Virus record (IMG/VR): IMGVR_UViG_3300030708_002673
Location: 18,130 to 82,129 of that record
Length of the DNA stretch: 64,000 bases
Reading direction: 5' to 3' (one strand)
Origin: a virus
Lineage: Duplodnaviria > Caudoviricetes
The notes beneath the pieces are model-generated. The model worked only from the letters and a program-made list of their open reading frames with translations, ran no database searches and was not told the DNA's origin. Positions 54,990 to 63,542 of the stretch are shown here, piece after piece. Numbering within the stretch: position 1 is the stretch's first letter; every line of letters begins with the position of its first letter. A program made the translations under genes and the position numbers.

Positions 54990-56150
54990 ATGCCCCGTAC
55001 CATTGATTCCAAGTTCCACATCAATGCCCTGGTTGAAACCTTCGGCACTGAGATCGATGCAGAGATGATCAAGGCATACTGCAACCATGCAGATGTGTCC
55101 TATCAGACTCTGACCAAATACCTGAACCAGTACAAAGTCCGGCGTGGCAACTGGAATGTCAGTGATGATGACAACAGCAACATCGATCGCAGTCCTGTTG
55201 ACAACACTGCTGAGCATGCCCCGATGATGCAACCCATCAGCGTGTCACCTGCTAAGCAAGAGGAGACACTGGTGCCTTCCAAGGATGACAACTTTGTTCC
55301 CTTTGGTGGTTTCCGTGATCTGAAGAAGGTTGTGCAATCACACCAGTTCTACCCATTGTTCATCACCGGCATGTCTGGTAATGGCAAGACCTTCGGTGTT
55401 GAGCAGGCATGTGCACAACTAGGACGTGAGTTGATCCGCGTCAACATCACTGTTGAAACTGATGAGGATGATCTCATCGGTGGTTTCCGTCTCGTAAATG
55501 GTGAGACTGTCTGGCACAATGGTCCTGTCATTGATGCAATGAAGCGTGGTGCAATCCTCCTGCTGGATGAGATTGACCTAGCATCTAACAAAATCCTCTG
55601 CCTGCAATCTATTCTTGAAGGTAAGGGTGTCTTCCTGAAGAAGATTGGTGTGCATGTTACACCTGGCAATGGTTTCAATGTCATCGCCACTGCCAATACT
55701 AAGGGCAAAGGTTCTGAGGATGGCAGATTCATCGGCACCAATGTGCTCAATGAAGCATTCCTTGAGCGTTTCCCTGTCACCTTCGAGCAATCTTATCCAA
55801 CACCATCTGTTGAGAATAAGATCCTCGCTAATGTTGCAGACTCTCTGAACATTCCTCCTGTTGGTGAACACCTTGAGTTCTACAAGCATCTTGTAGATTG
55901 GGCAGACATTGTACGCAAGACATTCAATGATGGTGGCATTGATGAGATCATCTCAACACGTCGCCTGGTGCACATTGTGCGAGCGTACTCTATCTTCGGT
56001 GACAAAATGAAAGCAATTGAGTTGTGCCTCAATCGCTTTGATGATGACACCAAACTCTCATTCATGCAGTTGTATACCAAACTGGATGCTGAGATCTCAA
56101 CTCCTGATGAACTAAACGTCATCCAATCTGAAGCAGTTTCTATCTGCTAA
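54990..56150 (+). CDS. cobS: CobS/MoxR-like AAA+ ATPase
   Basis: GMSGNGKT, LIGG, LLDEID, TANTKG, LNEAFLERF. Confidence 0.92.
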   Translation: MPRTIDSKFHINALVETFGTEIDAEMIKAYCNHADVSYQTLTKYLNQYKVRRGNWNVSDDDNSNIDRSPVDNTAEHAPMMQPISVSPAKQEETLVPSKDDNFVPFGGFRDLKKVVQSHQFYPLFITGMSGNGKTFGVEQACAQLGRELIRVNITVETDEDDLIGGFRLVNGETVWHNGPVIDAMKRGAILLLDEIDLASNKILCLQSILEGKGVFLKKIGVHVTPGNGFNVIATANTKGKGSEDGRFIGTNVLNEAFLERFPVTFEQSYPTPSVENKILANVADSLNIPPVGEHLEFYKHLVDWADIVRKTFNDGGIDEIISTRRLVHIVRAYSIFGDKMKAIELCLNRFDDDTKLSFMQLYTKLDAEISTPDELNVIQSEAVSIC

Positions 56151-56207
56151 ATACAGCGAAAAGAGAGATTATATGTTATAATCTCTCTATAATACTTTCG
56201 CTGATAG

Positions 56208-56384
56208 ATGAACGTCACTGACCTTATCGATCTTGCTAAAGAATGTAAAAGACATTCTGATTATGAAGCAATGGCGAAGTATGTCGGAGTTGATTATGAT
56301 ACCTACTACGAAAGTATGATGGGTATCAATGATGATGTGCCAGATGAGGATCTGGCACATTTTTGTGTTGAGGAGTGGGATTGA
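56208..56384 (+). CDS. Hypothetical protein (58 aa, not in ORF track)
   Basis: MNVTDLIDLAKEC...HFCVEEWD. Confidence 0.55.
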   Translation: MNVTDLIDLAKECKRHSDYEAMAKYVGVDYDTYYESMMGINDDVPDEDLAHFCVEEWD

Positions 56385-56395
56385 GTCCTTATACT
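56337..56395 (+). promoter_or_regulatory. Palindromic early-type promoter
   Basis: GTGCCA-N10-TGGCAC-N31-TATACT. Confidence 0.7.
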
Positions 56396-56418
56396 AAGGA
56401 CATCAACACAACAGACCA

Positions 56419-56697
56419 ATGAACATCACTGTCACCCTGACGCCTGAGCAACTGGCATTGCTAGAGGAGTTGGTACAGAAAAAGTTCGATGAAGTAGCAC
56501 AGGCATGGTTGCCAGTGGAAGAGACCAAGGACATGAACCGTCTCTCCTATGACACCATGATGGCACTTCGTACTGTACGTGAATCTGCACGTTATGATGG
56601 GGATGAAGCGTTGCACTTCGCAGCAACCAAGAAAGAATACTTACAAGACAACTGCCTTTGTTCTATGAGAGATCTTGCACAACAGGGTCTTATCTGA
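56419..56697 (+). CDS. Hypothetical early protein
   Basis: ORF directly after promoter motif. Confidence 0.65.
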   Translation: MNITVTLTPEQLALLEELVQKKFDEVAQAWLPVEETKDMNRLSYDTMMALRTVRESARYDGDEALHFAATKKEYLQDNCLCSMRDLAQQGLI

Positions 56698-56760
56698 TAG
56701 ACTTACTGTTATGGGAGTGGTGCCGCCCTAAAGATCGCCACCTGTTCTCTATCTAAGATC

Positions 56761-56991
56761 ATGCAAATTACCGGTTCTTCCGCAATCGCTGCAATCAACT
56801 TTGGTGATGACAACGCTGTTAGCGTTCAATTCACCAGCAAGGACACAGCATACGATTTCGTTGCTCTCGATGCTACCGCACTGAAGCAGGAAGTCGAAAC
56901 GACTGTTGCCAAGGGTGAGAGTGTTGGCAAACTGATTGCCAAGCACCGTCGCGAAGGTACCCTGAAGGATGTGACCATCCAAGCATCCTGA
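56761..56991 (+). CDS. Conserved cyanophage protein (KTSC-like)
   Basis: SSAIAAINF...SVGKLI. Confidence 0.65.
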   Translation: MQITGSSAIAAINFGDDNAVSVQFTSKDTAYDFVALDATALKQEVETTVAKGESVGKLIAKHRREGTLKDVTIQAS

Positions 56992-57008
56992 CCTTCATCA
57001 AGTGAAAC

Positions 57009-57047
57009 AATGCCAGGGGTGATTCACACCTCTCTCCCTGGCATTTT
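57009..57047 (+). terminator. Probable terminator
   Basis: AATGCCAGGG...CCCTGGCATT followed by TT. Confidence 0.6.
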
Positions 57048-57064
57048 ATCCTAATACATTGCTT

Positions 57065-57394
57065 ATGGATTACAGTACAGTCTGGAGAGTAATGAACGAT
57101 CTCGATGAGGTTGTTGAGCAATGTAGGATTATTCAGGAAATGTCAAATGACCTGGGTGAAATGATTGCCAACAGCAGTGATACAGATGAAATCCTGAATC
57201 GTGCTATGACACTTACAGGGGTTTCTAAGTATATGTTCGAGAAACTTCAGTATCACAATTCAATCGCTTGGAACAACACAGTGGTGGCATTGAAGAAAGA
57301 GCAAAATGATGCAATTTCAGATGATGGTACCACCCGTGTCTCATCCAGAACATTTGAAAACATCGAAAAAACTGGTCTTATTGATCTCTCCTGA
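57065..57394 (+). CDS. Hypothetical protein
   Basis: Helical ORF in early cluster. Confidence 0.6.
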   Translation: MDYSTVWRVMNDLDEVVEQCRIIQEMSNDLGEMIANSSDTDEILNRAMTLTGVSKYMFEKLQYHNSIAWNNTVVALKKEQNDAISDDGTTRVSSRTFENIEKTGLIDLS

Positions 57395-57402
57395 ACAGAC
57401 CT

Positions 57403-57933
57403 ATGATCGACACCACAATCCCTGCAAAATTCATTGAAAGTTATCAAACTCACGATGATGCTGTAAAGGATCGAGATGTTGATCCCTATGCTGATTCTCC
57501 TTTTCGCATTTATAAGGAGATGAGTAGCAAGAGGAAAGGAAAGTTCTTCGAGTTGCTTGTCAGTGAGTATTGTCAACATCTTGGTTTCAAGGTTGAACGT
57601 GCTAAGACAAGTGAGTACGATAGATTGATCAATGGTCAGCGATGTGAGATCAAAGGTTCAATGTTGTGGGGAAATGGATCACAGTTTAGATGGCAGCAAA
57701 TTCGCCCCAATCAAGACTATGATGTAATCATCTTCCTGGCAATGTATCCTGATCGAGTTGATATGTTCTCCTCTAGTAAAGAGGAAGTGAAGGATTATGT
57801 TGCACACCCAGATGGTGATGGTTTCTGGTTATGTAACCAGCATGGAGGAAAGACTGTAAACTCAGGTACATTCTTCCTTGATGGTTTCCCTGAAGATTTT
57901 TCATTCATGCGCTCACTTTATTGGAACCTGTGA
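57403..57933 (+). CDS. PD-(D/E)XK restriction-endonuclease-like protein
   Basis: KGKFFE...YDRLINGQRCEIKGS...WQQIRPNQDYD. Confidence 0.65.
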   Translation: MIDTTIPAKFIESYQTHDDAVKDRDVDPYADSPFRIYKEMSSKRKGKFFELLVSEYCQHLGFKVERAKTSEYDRLINGQRCEIKGSMLWGNGSQFRWQQIRPNQDYDVIIFLAMYPDRVDMFSSSKEEVKDYVAHPDGDGFWLCNQHGGKTVNSGTFFLDGFPEDFSFMRSLYWNL

Positions 57934-58106
57934 TGAATCAAGTTGAGAAACAGTTTGAATTGGGAGATCGTTGCTATGAAGTAACGATGAGTGAGGAATA
58001 CTATGAATCAGTCAAAGTAATGTGCAAACGTTACAATTGTTCTGAATCATACTACTTCCTTGAGTTTGCTCTCGATCTTGAGATTGATGGCACATTGTTA
58101 TGGTAG
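57921..58106 (+). CDS. Hypothetical protein
   Basis: ORF track; compact operon spacing. Confidence 0.5.
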   Translation: MEPVMNQVEKQFELGDRCYEVTMSEEYYESVKVMCKRYNCSESYYFLEFALDLEIDGTLLW

Positions 58107-58131
58107 AATCCAATCAAGAGTTTTCTGAACC

Positions 58132-58269
58132 ATGAAACAGTTCATCGTATCTGCCCTGGTTGAGGGATACCGTATTGAAGAAAGTTTCAATGCGGTGAGT
58201 GTGCATCATGCAATCAAGTTGATGCAAGCGAAGTACACTACAGCACGAAACATCTACGTCACTAACTGA
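58132..58269 (+). CDS. Hypothetical protein (45 aa, not in ORF track)
   Basis: MKQFIVSALVEGYRIEESF...ARNIYVTN. Confidence 0.55.
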   Translation: MKQFIVSALVEGYRIEESFNAVSVHHAIKLMQAKYTTARNIYVTN

Positions 58270-58271
58270 TT

Positions 58272-58328
58272 GTGACACCCAACTAACCGTCCACTCTTGG
58301 GGAGGAGTGGGCGGTTTTTTAGTATATT
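58272..58328 (+). promoter_or_regulatory. Palindromic early-type promoter
   Basis: GTGACA-N10-CGTCCA-N29-TATATT, then CAGTT. Confidence 0.6.
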
Positions 58329-58350
58329 GACTTCAGTTCAAACCAAGAAC

Positions 58351-58800
58351 ATGTCCCAGACCTTCGCAGACTTCGCAGAAGCACGCCAGGCACGCAACGA
58401 CATTCAACTGAAGATCGTTGAGCATGCTCTCACCTTGTGCGACAAACTGAAGGAAGACTACATCGCTTATTCCATCCGGTCGATCAAGGCAAACAAGCAC
58501 AAGGACAGTGCACACTGGTCTGACTGGTCACAGAATCGTCTCACACGCTTGGAGAAGAATGAATGTGACATGGAATTCATTCTCGACTCCTCCGGTCGCA
58601 AGTACCACAAGATCCAGCAGCGTGATGGTGCTCACGGTAGCGTTCATTGCTTCATCGACAAGCGCACTGGTGAAGTTTACAAAGCAGCATCATGGAAGGC
58701 ACCAGCGAAGATTGTACGGTACAATCTCCTGAGCATCAGCAGTCGCGAAGAATGTTTCTCTCGTGCTGACTGGTGTGGTCATTATCTCTATCTCAAATGA
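58351..58800 (+). CDS. Conserved T4-like early hypothetical protein
   Basis: SVHCFIDKRTGEVYKAASWKAPAK; start moved to MSQTF. Confidence 0.75.
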   Translation: MSQTFADFAEARQARNDIQLKIVEHALTLCDKLKEDYIAYSIRSIKANKHKDSAHWSDWSQNRLTRLEKNECDMEFILDSSGRKYHKIQQRDGAHGSVHCFIDKRTGEVYKAASWKAPAKIVRYNLLSISSREECFSRADWCGHYLYLK

Positions 58801-58921
58801 CCATTAGTGAATTCCAATTGCTGGTGTTATTGTTATCACCAGCAATGCTGATTTCAGTCCTTATTCTCATCACCTTTGCGGCAGGCGGATGATCGTTCAA
58901 CAAGTCCCATTATTTCACCCC

Positions 58922-59140
58922 ATGGAAAACAAACACGTGATGACAAATGTGTGTGATGGTATGACACTCGATGCCATCATGATTCGTTTGAAACTAGTTG
59001 ATGAGATGCTAGTGAAATTCAATCAGGATCGTGAAACATTGGAGAGCATGAAAGATGCACTACTACGTTTCAATGAAATTGATTGGAATGATGTGCCAGA
59101 TGATTTACTGTCCCAATGTGATGGTGCAGCGAACATCTAG
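58922..59140 (+). CDS. Hypothetical protein
   Basis: ORF track; start moved to MENKH. Confidence 0.5.
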   Translation: MENKHVMTNVCDGMTLDAIMIRLKLVDEMLVKFNQDRETLESMKDALLRFNEIDWNDVPDDLLSQCDGAANI

Positions 59141-59149
59141 CATTATTAT
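59093..59149 (+). promoter_or_regulatory. Palindromic early-type promoter
   Basis: GTGCCA-N10-TGTCCC-N29-TATTAT, then CAGTT. Confidence 0.6.
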
Positions 59150-59172
59150 TAGATCAGTTCACACATAGTTCA

Positions 59173-59346
59173 ATGTCTTTCGTTTCCTGGGCAGTATATC
59201 CTGAAGGTGAAGAACACTTCCGTGAATACTACACCAGTGAACATCATGCCGTTGATGTTGCCTACACTTGGTCAATTGAACGGTGTGGTAAGAAAATGAT
59301 CGTTGAACGTAGTGGTATGAAATGGATGGAGGTTCAATCATCATGA
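59173..59346 (+). CDS. Hypothetical protein (57 aa, not in ORF track)
   Basis: MSFVSWAVYPEGEEHF...AVDVAYTWS; follows the promoter motif. Confidence 0.6.
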   Translation: MSFVSWAVYPEGEEHFREYYTSEHHAVDVAYTWSIERCGKKMIVERSGMKWMEVQSS

Positions 59347-59425
59347 TCGTTGACTTTCTCCTCTTCACTTATCTTGTCGGCGGTGTCGCTGGATGGGTGA
59401 TTGCCGTTCATAGTTACCTCAAATC

Positions 59426-59857
59426 ATGACTCATCGCATTTACATCGTCACCGTGGAATATCCTGGTGATAGGGTGAAACAATTTGAGCAGAAAGTTCCT
59501 GTGTTTCGTATGCCTCGTTCACCTGTTGCAATGAATAACAAGGTGGCACGAATCATTGAACGTAAGTTAGCAGGAACAAACTACAATGCGTTTGAATTCA
59601 AACTAAAACCGGATAAAGATAATCCTGCTGTAACATCTAGCAGGCAGCGTGTAACTATGAAAGTGGGCATGAAAGCACCTAAACCCATTGATATTGAGAA
59701 GGAAGAAAGAAAGCGTAATGCTGCTGTATTGAAGAAACAATTAGAGAGGAAAGCATATCAACAGCAACAAAAGAGATTGCGTGAACTTGAACGTGAACGC
59801 AGTCAATCTAATGAATCAAAGTTCACCACTGCCGACCTAATCCCCTCAGATCAATGA
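59426..59857 (+). CDS. Hypothetical basic/coiled-coil protein
   Basis: ORF track. Confidence 0.6.
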   Translation: MTHRIYIVTVEYPGDRVKQFEQKVPVFRMPRSPVAMNNKVARIIERKLAGTNYNAFEFKLKPDKDNPAVTSSRQRVTMKVGMKAPKPIDIEKEERKRNAAVLKKQLERKAYQQQQKRLRELERERSQSNESKFTTADLIPSDQ

Positions 59858-60039
59858 CAGCAACTCTCAAACAATTGCGTGAACATTTAGATGTTCTCAT
59901 CAAACAATCGGGTGAGGAAACTGAGTGTAGATCATGGATTTACACCGACAATAATGTATTCACCCTGAACAAATATGGTGAGTGGATTGAAGATCGAAGA
60001 GACATAAGATATCGCAACAAAGTGTTATTGAATCGTTGA
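59854..60039 (+). CDS. Hypothetical protein, paralog of next gene
   Basis: WIYTDNNVFTLNKYG. Confidence 0.6.
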   Translation: MTATLKQLREHLDVLIKQSGEETECRSWIYTDNNVFTLNKYGEWIEDRRDIRYRNKVLLNR

Positions 60040-60079
60040 ATCAATAACATTATCAACCCATCAAACCTTTCTCTAAATC

Positions 60080-60373
60080 ATGTCTAATTCTCTTGCTGAA
60101 TTCCGTGAACGTGTTGACAAACTGATTGAACAACACGGCGAAGATGCTACATGTGCCGGATGGATTTACACCCAGGAAGATGTATTCACCATCAACAAAT
60201 ATGGTGATGAAGAATATGTTCATGACACAGATCCTGCATTGTGTAGTGATATCCTATGTGATGTTGCTGATGATGATTACATCTATCAGGTGATTCAGGA
60301 TAAGGTTGATGATGCAATGAATCAACGATTGCCTGACCGTGGTAAGAACGTCGGCGGAGTGATTGTCTACTGA
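60080..60373 (+). CDS. Cyanophage hypothetical protein
   Basis: WIYTQEDVFTINKYG. Confidence 0.65.
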   Translation: MSNSLAEFRERVDKLIEQHGEDATCAGWIYTQEDVFTINKYGDEEYVHDTDPALCSDILCDVADDDYIYQVIQDKVDDAMNQRLPDRGKNVGGVIVY

Positions 60374-60375
60374 TT

Positions 60376-60567
60376 ATGAACATCACCGAACGCAATCGTA
60401 AGTTGTACGAACTCCGCAAAATGCTGGATCACCATAAACAATTGGTGAAACATTATGAATCTGAGATTCATCGAGTGAACTTAGAATATAATGATTCATT
60501 GTTATTTGCTAACCGTGAATCGTTGTTCAATGAGATGTTTGAAGAGGAGATTCATGGCATGAAATGA
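60376..60567 (+). CDS. Hypothetical protein
   Basis: ITERNRKLYELR, a common cyanophage early ORF pattern. Confidence 0.6.
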   Translation: MNITERNRKLYELRKMLDHHKQLVKHYESEIHRVNLEYNDSLLFANRESLFNEMFEEEIHGMK

Positions 60568-60616
60568 TTACAAACCTCTTGATTATTATTGTCCTCCACT
60601 AACATCATCTTCCACA

Positions 60617-60820
60617 ATGTCTGCAACTTTGACACCATCTGATCTCGTAAATGTTATTGAAACATTGAGACAAAAGGAGCAAATCTTGCGTCGTCAGCAT
60701 ATGTATTATTCACAGTTTTCTGATGAAATCAGTGAACAACAAGCATTGAAAATGGTGAGTGGATTGATAACAATCAAGAGGCAACTAGATGTAATCGAAG
60801 AAGCATTAGATAAGTTATAA
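60617..60820 (+). CDS. Hypothetical protein
   Basis: ORF track. Confidence 0.55.
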   Translation: MSATLTPSDLVNVIETLRQKEQILRRQHMYYSQFSDEISEQQALKMVSGLITIKRQLDVIEEALDKL

Positions 60821-60823
60821 GTA

Positions 60824-60896
60824 TGTGCCAATAGTTTTAGTGTCACAGTAAATGAGCACTAACACTTGTTTCATGTATTGTATCAACAGTTGAAAA
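60824..60896 (+). repeat. 73-bp direct repeat copy 1 containing palindromic early promoter
   Basis: GTGCCA-N10-TGTCAC-N29-TATTGT; 64/73 identical to 61576-61648. Confidence 0.9.
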
Positions 60897-60912
60897 TTTC
60901 AATCTTTTCATC

Positions 60913-61203
60913 ATGACTGATTCAACCTTTGTTTGTGTATTGTTTGGGCAGGAAAGTTCAAACAAGTGGTGGAACATCGAAGAGAAGGGATTTGCTTCTG
61001 AAAGTATTGCTCAGAAGCATGGATTAGACATGATGAGTAGCATTGGTGTTTTAGGGTTTGCAGTATTTGAATCAGGTGAAGATTCATGGCGTCCATGTTT
61101 CAATTCTTCCTTACTTCCTAAAGAACATTCTATGGGACACAATGGAAGTACAGGTGAATTTTTTGTACGCTATCCTGAAAAAATTGTTCTTATCGAAGCA
61201 TGA
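60913..61203 (+). CDS. Hypothetical early protein
   Basis: ORF after promoter repeat. Confidence 0.6.
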   Translation: MTDSTFVCVLFGQESSNKWWNIEEKGFASESIAQKHGLDMMSSIGVLGFAVFESGEDSWRPCFNSSLLPKEHSMGHNGSTGEFFVRYPEKIVLIEA

Positions 61204-61580
61204 CTATTTCACCACTAATTGTCAAACCCTGGGTGGAGGAGATTGTTAGTCTCCTCCAACAATATCACCCTGATGAACATATTGAGATTGATGAATTCAA
61301 TCGACATTTTAGAATCTGGCGTGATGATGTATTGCATTGTTATGTTCAACACTCACAAGGTAAGTTATATCGACCTTGTGTAAGTGGTCGCGGTGGACCA
61401 CACAAACGTGGATATAATGCAGGCGTTATCTATGATCTAACAAAGGAAGATCAGCGCACTGAATGTTATCAGTACGTAAAAGATCATGGAGAATGTTATG
61501 GTGAGTACACTAAAGATCCTACCAAAAGTAGGACACAATACAAGTACAATAAGAGCGAAGGAAAGTATATGAAAGTGTGA
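61200..61580 (+). CDS. Hypothetical early protein
   Basis: ATGA overlap with previous gene. Confidence 0.6.
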   Translation: MTISPLIVKPWVEEIVSLLQQYHPDEHIEIDEFNRHFRIWRDDVLHCYVQHSQGKLYRPCVSGRGGPHKRGYNAGVIYDLTKEDQRTECYQYVKDHGECYGEYTKDPTKSRTQYKYNKSEGKYMKV

Positions 61581-61648
61581 CAATAGTTCTAGTGTCACAA
61601 TAAATGAGCACTAGAACATATTTCATGTATTGTATAAACAGTTCAAAA
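61576..61648 (+). repeat. 73-bp direct repeat copy 2 containing palindromic early promoter
   Basis: GTGACA-N10-TGTCAC-N29-TATTGT. Confidence 0.9.
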
Positions 61649-61656
61649 ACGGTTCG

Positions 61657-61824
61657 ATGTTTCTTCACAGACTCCCAAACGGCAAACTTATGATGGACTC
61701 AGGATTGCCCCGTGAACTTGCTATCAAACGTATGGAAGATCACGAGCGTTGGTGTCAAGAACATCGCGAAGAACTTGAGGTTTCTTCACAACAACTGTGG
61801 GATGATATGTTCGGAAGTTGTTAG
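61657..61824 (+). CDS. Conserved cyanophage hypothetical protein
   Basis: HRLPNGKLMM..GLPRELAIKRMEDHERWC. Confidence 0.65.
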   Translation: MFLHRLPNGKLMMDSGLPRELAIKRMEDHERWCQEHREELEVSSQQLWDDMFGSC

Positions 61825-61863
61825 AAACTGTCTCCCCTAAAGTTCACTCATTCTTCTAATCTA

Positions 61864-62091
61864 ATGCAACTCACTTCCCGCAAACATTCAATGGTGATTG
61901 ATATCCATCCCCATGTCAATTTTCCCGGTTCAAAGTATGTTTGGAAACTATCATTTAGGGGAGAAGAACAAACCCAGAAAGTTATCAATCATAAAGAGAT
62001 GATTGAATGCATCCGTGCAAGAATTGACCTAGGATATGAGGTAACTGATTATCATTCAGTGCCGGTAAATGCAAACATTTGTATGTGCTGA
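61864..62091 (+). CDS. Conserved cyanophage hypothetical protein
   Basis: MQLTSRKHSMVID. Confidence 0.65.
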   Translation: MQLTSRKHSMVIDIHPHVNFPGSKYVWKLSFRGEEQTQKVINHKEMIECIRARIDLGYEVTDYHSVPVNANICMC

Positions 62092-62094
62092 ACA

Positions 62095-62223
62095 ATGAGA
62101 ATCTGTCTCCTCGCCGTTTTCACTTTCTTAGGTGTGAATCTAATGCTCAATGTATTAGATAGCAAAATGGTTGAAACTATCAACCAACGCAATGAATCCA
62201 TCAACCGAGCATTCAATCAATGA
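62095..62223 (+). CDS. Small membrane-anchored peptide (42 aa, not in ORF track)
   Basis: MRICLLAVFTFLGVNLMLNVLDSKMVETINQRNE. Confidence 0.55.
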   Translation: MRICLLAVFTFLGVNLMLNVLDSKMVETINQRNESINRAFNQ

Positions 62224-62441
62224 CTGACAGAATCATCGACCGAGATATACTTCAAGAGGAGTATATCCGCAAATTAGTTGATAACATGTCCACTGAAGAT
62301 TTGATTCAAATTGTGACTGAAGAACTGCAATCTGAGTTCAATAAGTACACTTTCGATGAGTTGATTGGAGAGGTAGAAGAAAACAAATATGATGACCTAA
62401 TTGATATTGCTACCATGAATAATGATAAAAACCAGAATTAG
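62220..62441 (+). CDS. Acidic hypothetical protein
   Basis: IDRDILQEEYIRKLVDNM. Confidence 0.6.
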   Translation: MTDRIIDRDILQEEYIRKLVDNMSTEDLIQIVTEELQSEFNKYTFDELIGEVEENKYDDLIDIATMNNDKNQN

Positions 62442-62442
62442 T

Positions 62443-62499
62443 GTGACACTAAGATTAGCGGCACACGATATGGTTTTGTACCCTGTTTTCGCTTATTGT
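62443..62499 (+). promoter_or_regulatory. Palindromic early-type promoter
   Basis: GTGACA-N10-CGGCAC-N29-TATTGT. Confidence 0.65.
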
Positions 62500-62558
62500 A
62501 CTTACATCGGGAGGGAAACAAACTTCTCTTCCCACTAACATCAACCCCCATCATCATC

Positions 62559-62909
62559 ATGCGTAAGATTGAACAGCAAATGTGTAGGGCGATTCAGAAG
62601 AACATCAATTGGCAATCTGCCAACACCAGTGTTCACTACAATGAAGAATCTGGCGTCTCTATTGTACGTTTGCACGGCAATAAGATCGCTGAGATTGATG
62701 ACACTACGATGACGATTTATGATGGTGGGCATCAGACAAGAACGACAAAATCCAGACTCAATGCATTATGTGATGAATTCTGCATTGCTGGTGAAGGTGT
62801 ATTTCAAAAGGATTTTGAGTGGTTTATTAGAAAGTTTATCGGAGAATCTCCTACCACTGGTAAAGTCTACAACGTAGAAGATTTCAGCAACGGTTTCACT
62901 TTCGCCTGA
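62559..62909 (+). CDS. Conserved cyanophage hypothetical protein
   Basis: MRKIEQQM...LHGNKIA...TTKSRLNAL...VFQKDFEWF. Confidence 0.75.
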   Translation: MRKIEQQMCRAIQKNINWQSANTSVHYNEESGVSIVRLHGNKIAEIDDTTMTIYDGGHQTRTTKSRLNALCDEFCIAGEGVFQKDFEWFIRKFIGESPTTGKVYNVEDFSNGFTFA

Positions 62910-62914
62910 TTATC

Positions 62915-63091
62915 ATGCTCACTAAAAAAGATCTAATCGAGTCCATAAAAGACACTGAAGCATATAAACAATATGCTCACACTTTGGACCGAGAAGATAG
63001 ATTCAACGTCTTCTGCAACGTGTGTGACAATCTACTCAATGAGAGGAGAATCACACCACAACAGCATAAGAAATGGACCAACGTTTTTTGA
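62915..63091 (+). CDS. Hypothetical protein (58 aa, not in ORF track)
   Basis: MLTKKDLIESIK...VCDNLLNERRIT..QHKKWTNVF. Confidence 0.6.
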   Translation: MLTKKDLIESIKDTEAYKQYAHTLDREDRFNVFCNVCDNLLNERRITPQQHKKWTNVF

Positions 63092-63096
63092 TCATC

Positions 63097-63303
63097 ATGA
63101 ACACAACTTTCAACGAAGTTTGCATCGGTAACAGTCTAGTTCTCAACGGATTAGCAGGTGTCAAAGTATCAACCAGGACCGCTGAATTTATCACTGGAGA
63201 AGATCACAATGGTCACGCAATCTGGACCAAACAATATGTCAAACAAAAGGAGATTGTAAGGATCGCTGATCCTTTCGGTAACGGTATTGTACTCACTTTC
63301 TAA
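63097..63303 (+). CDS. Hypothetical protein
   Basis: ORF track; start moved to MNTTF. Confidence 0.55.
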   Translation: MNTTFNEVCIGNSLVLNGLAGVKVSTRTAEFITGEDHNGHAIWTKQYVKQKEIVRIADPFGNGIVLTF

Positions 63304-63308
63304 TCATC

Positions 63309-63521
63309 ATGGCATTCCCTTATTTCACACTGACCCCAGACAATCAACAAAAGTGGGATGATATCATCTCGACAATTCCTTCCTTTGTTGCTGATACCTA
63401 CAGTGACCTAGATTCAACGTACGATTATGTTTGTGATCAACTAGAATCACCATTCATTGAAAACAAAAAATGTTGGGATGAATTCTATGATAAATGGGCA
63501 GATGCTTTCTATACTAAGTAA
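63309..63521 (+). CDS. Hypothetical protein
   Basis: ORF track. Confidence 0.55.
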   Translation: MAFPYFTLTPDNQQKWDDIISTIPSFVADTYSDLDSTYDYVCDQLESPFIENKKCWDEFYDKWADAFYTK

Positions 63522-63542
63522 CAGTAACTCCAACCCCACTAA

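Noticed and set aside
52772-56150. cobS/cobT as cobalamin biosynthesis genes
   Set aside because: A MoxR ATPase plus vWA pair is common in T4-like phages; no CobN or other cob genes are present; not novel.
56335-56364. Hairpin plus T-run read as a terminator
   Set aside because: Better explained as a copy of the GTGCCA-N10-TGGCAC promoter palindrome with correct spacing to TATACT.
59159-59368. Minus-strand 69-aa ORF
   Set aside because: Shadow of the plus-strand 57-aa ORF (59173-59346) that follows a promoter motif.
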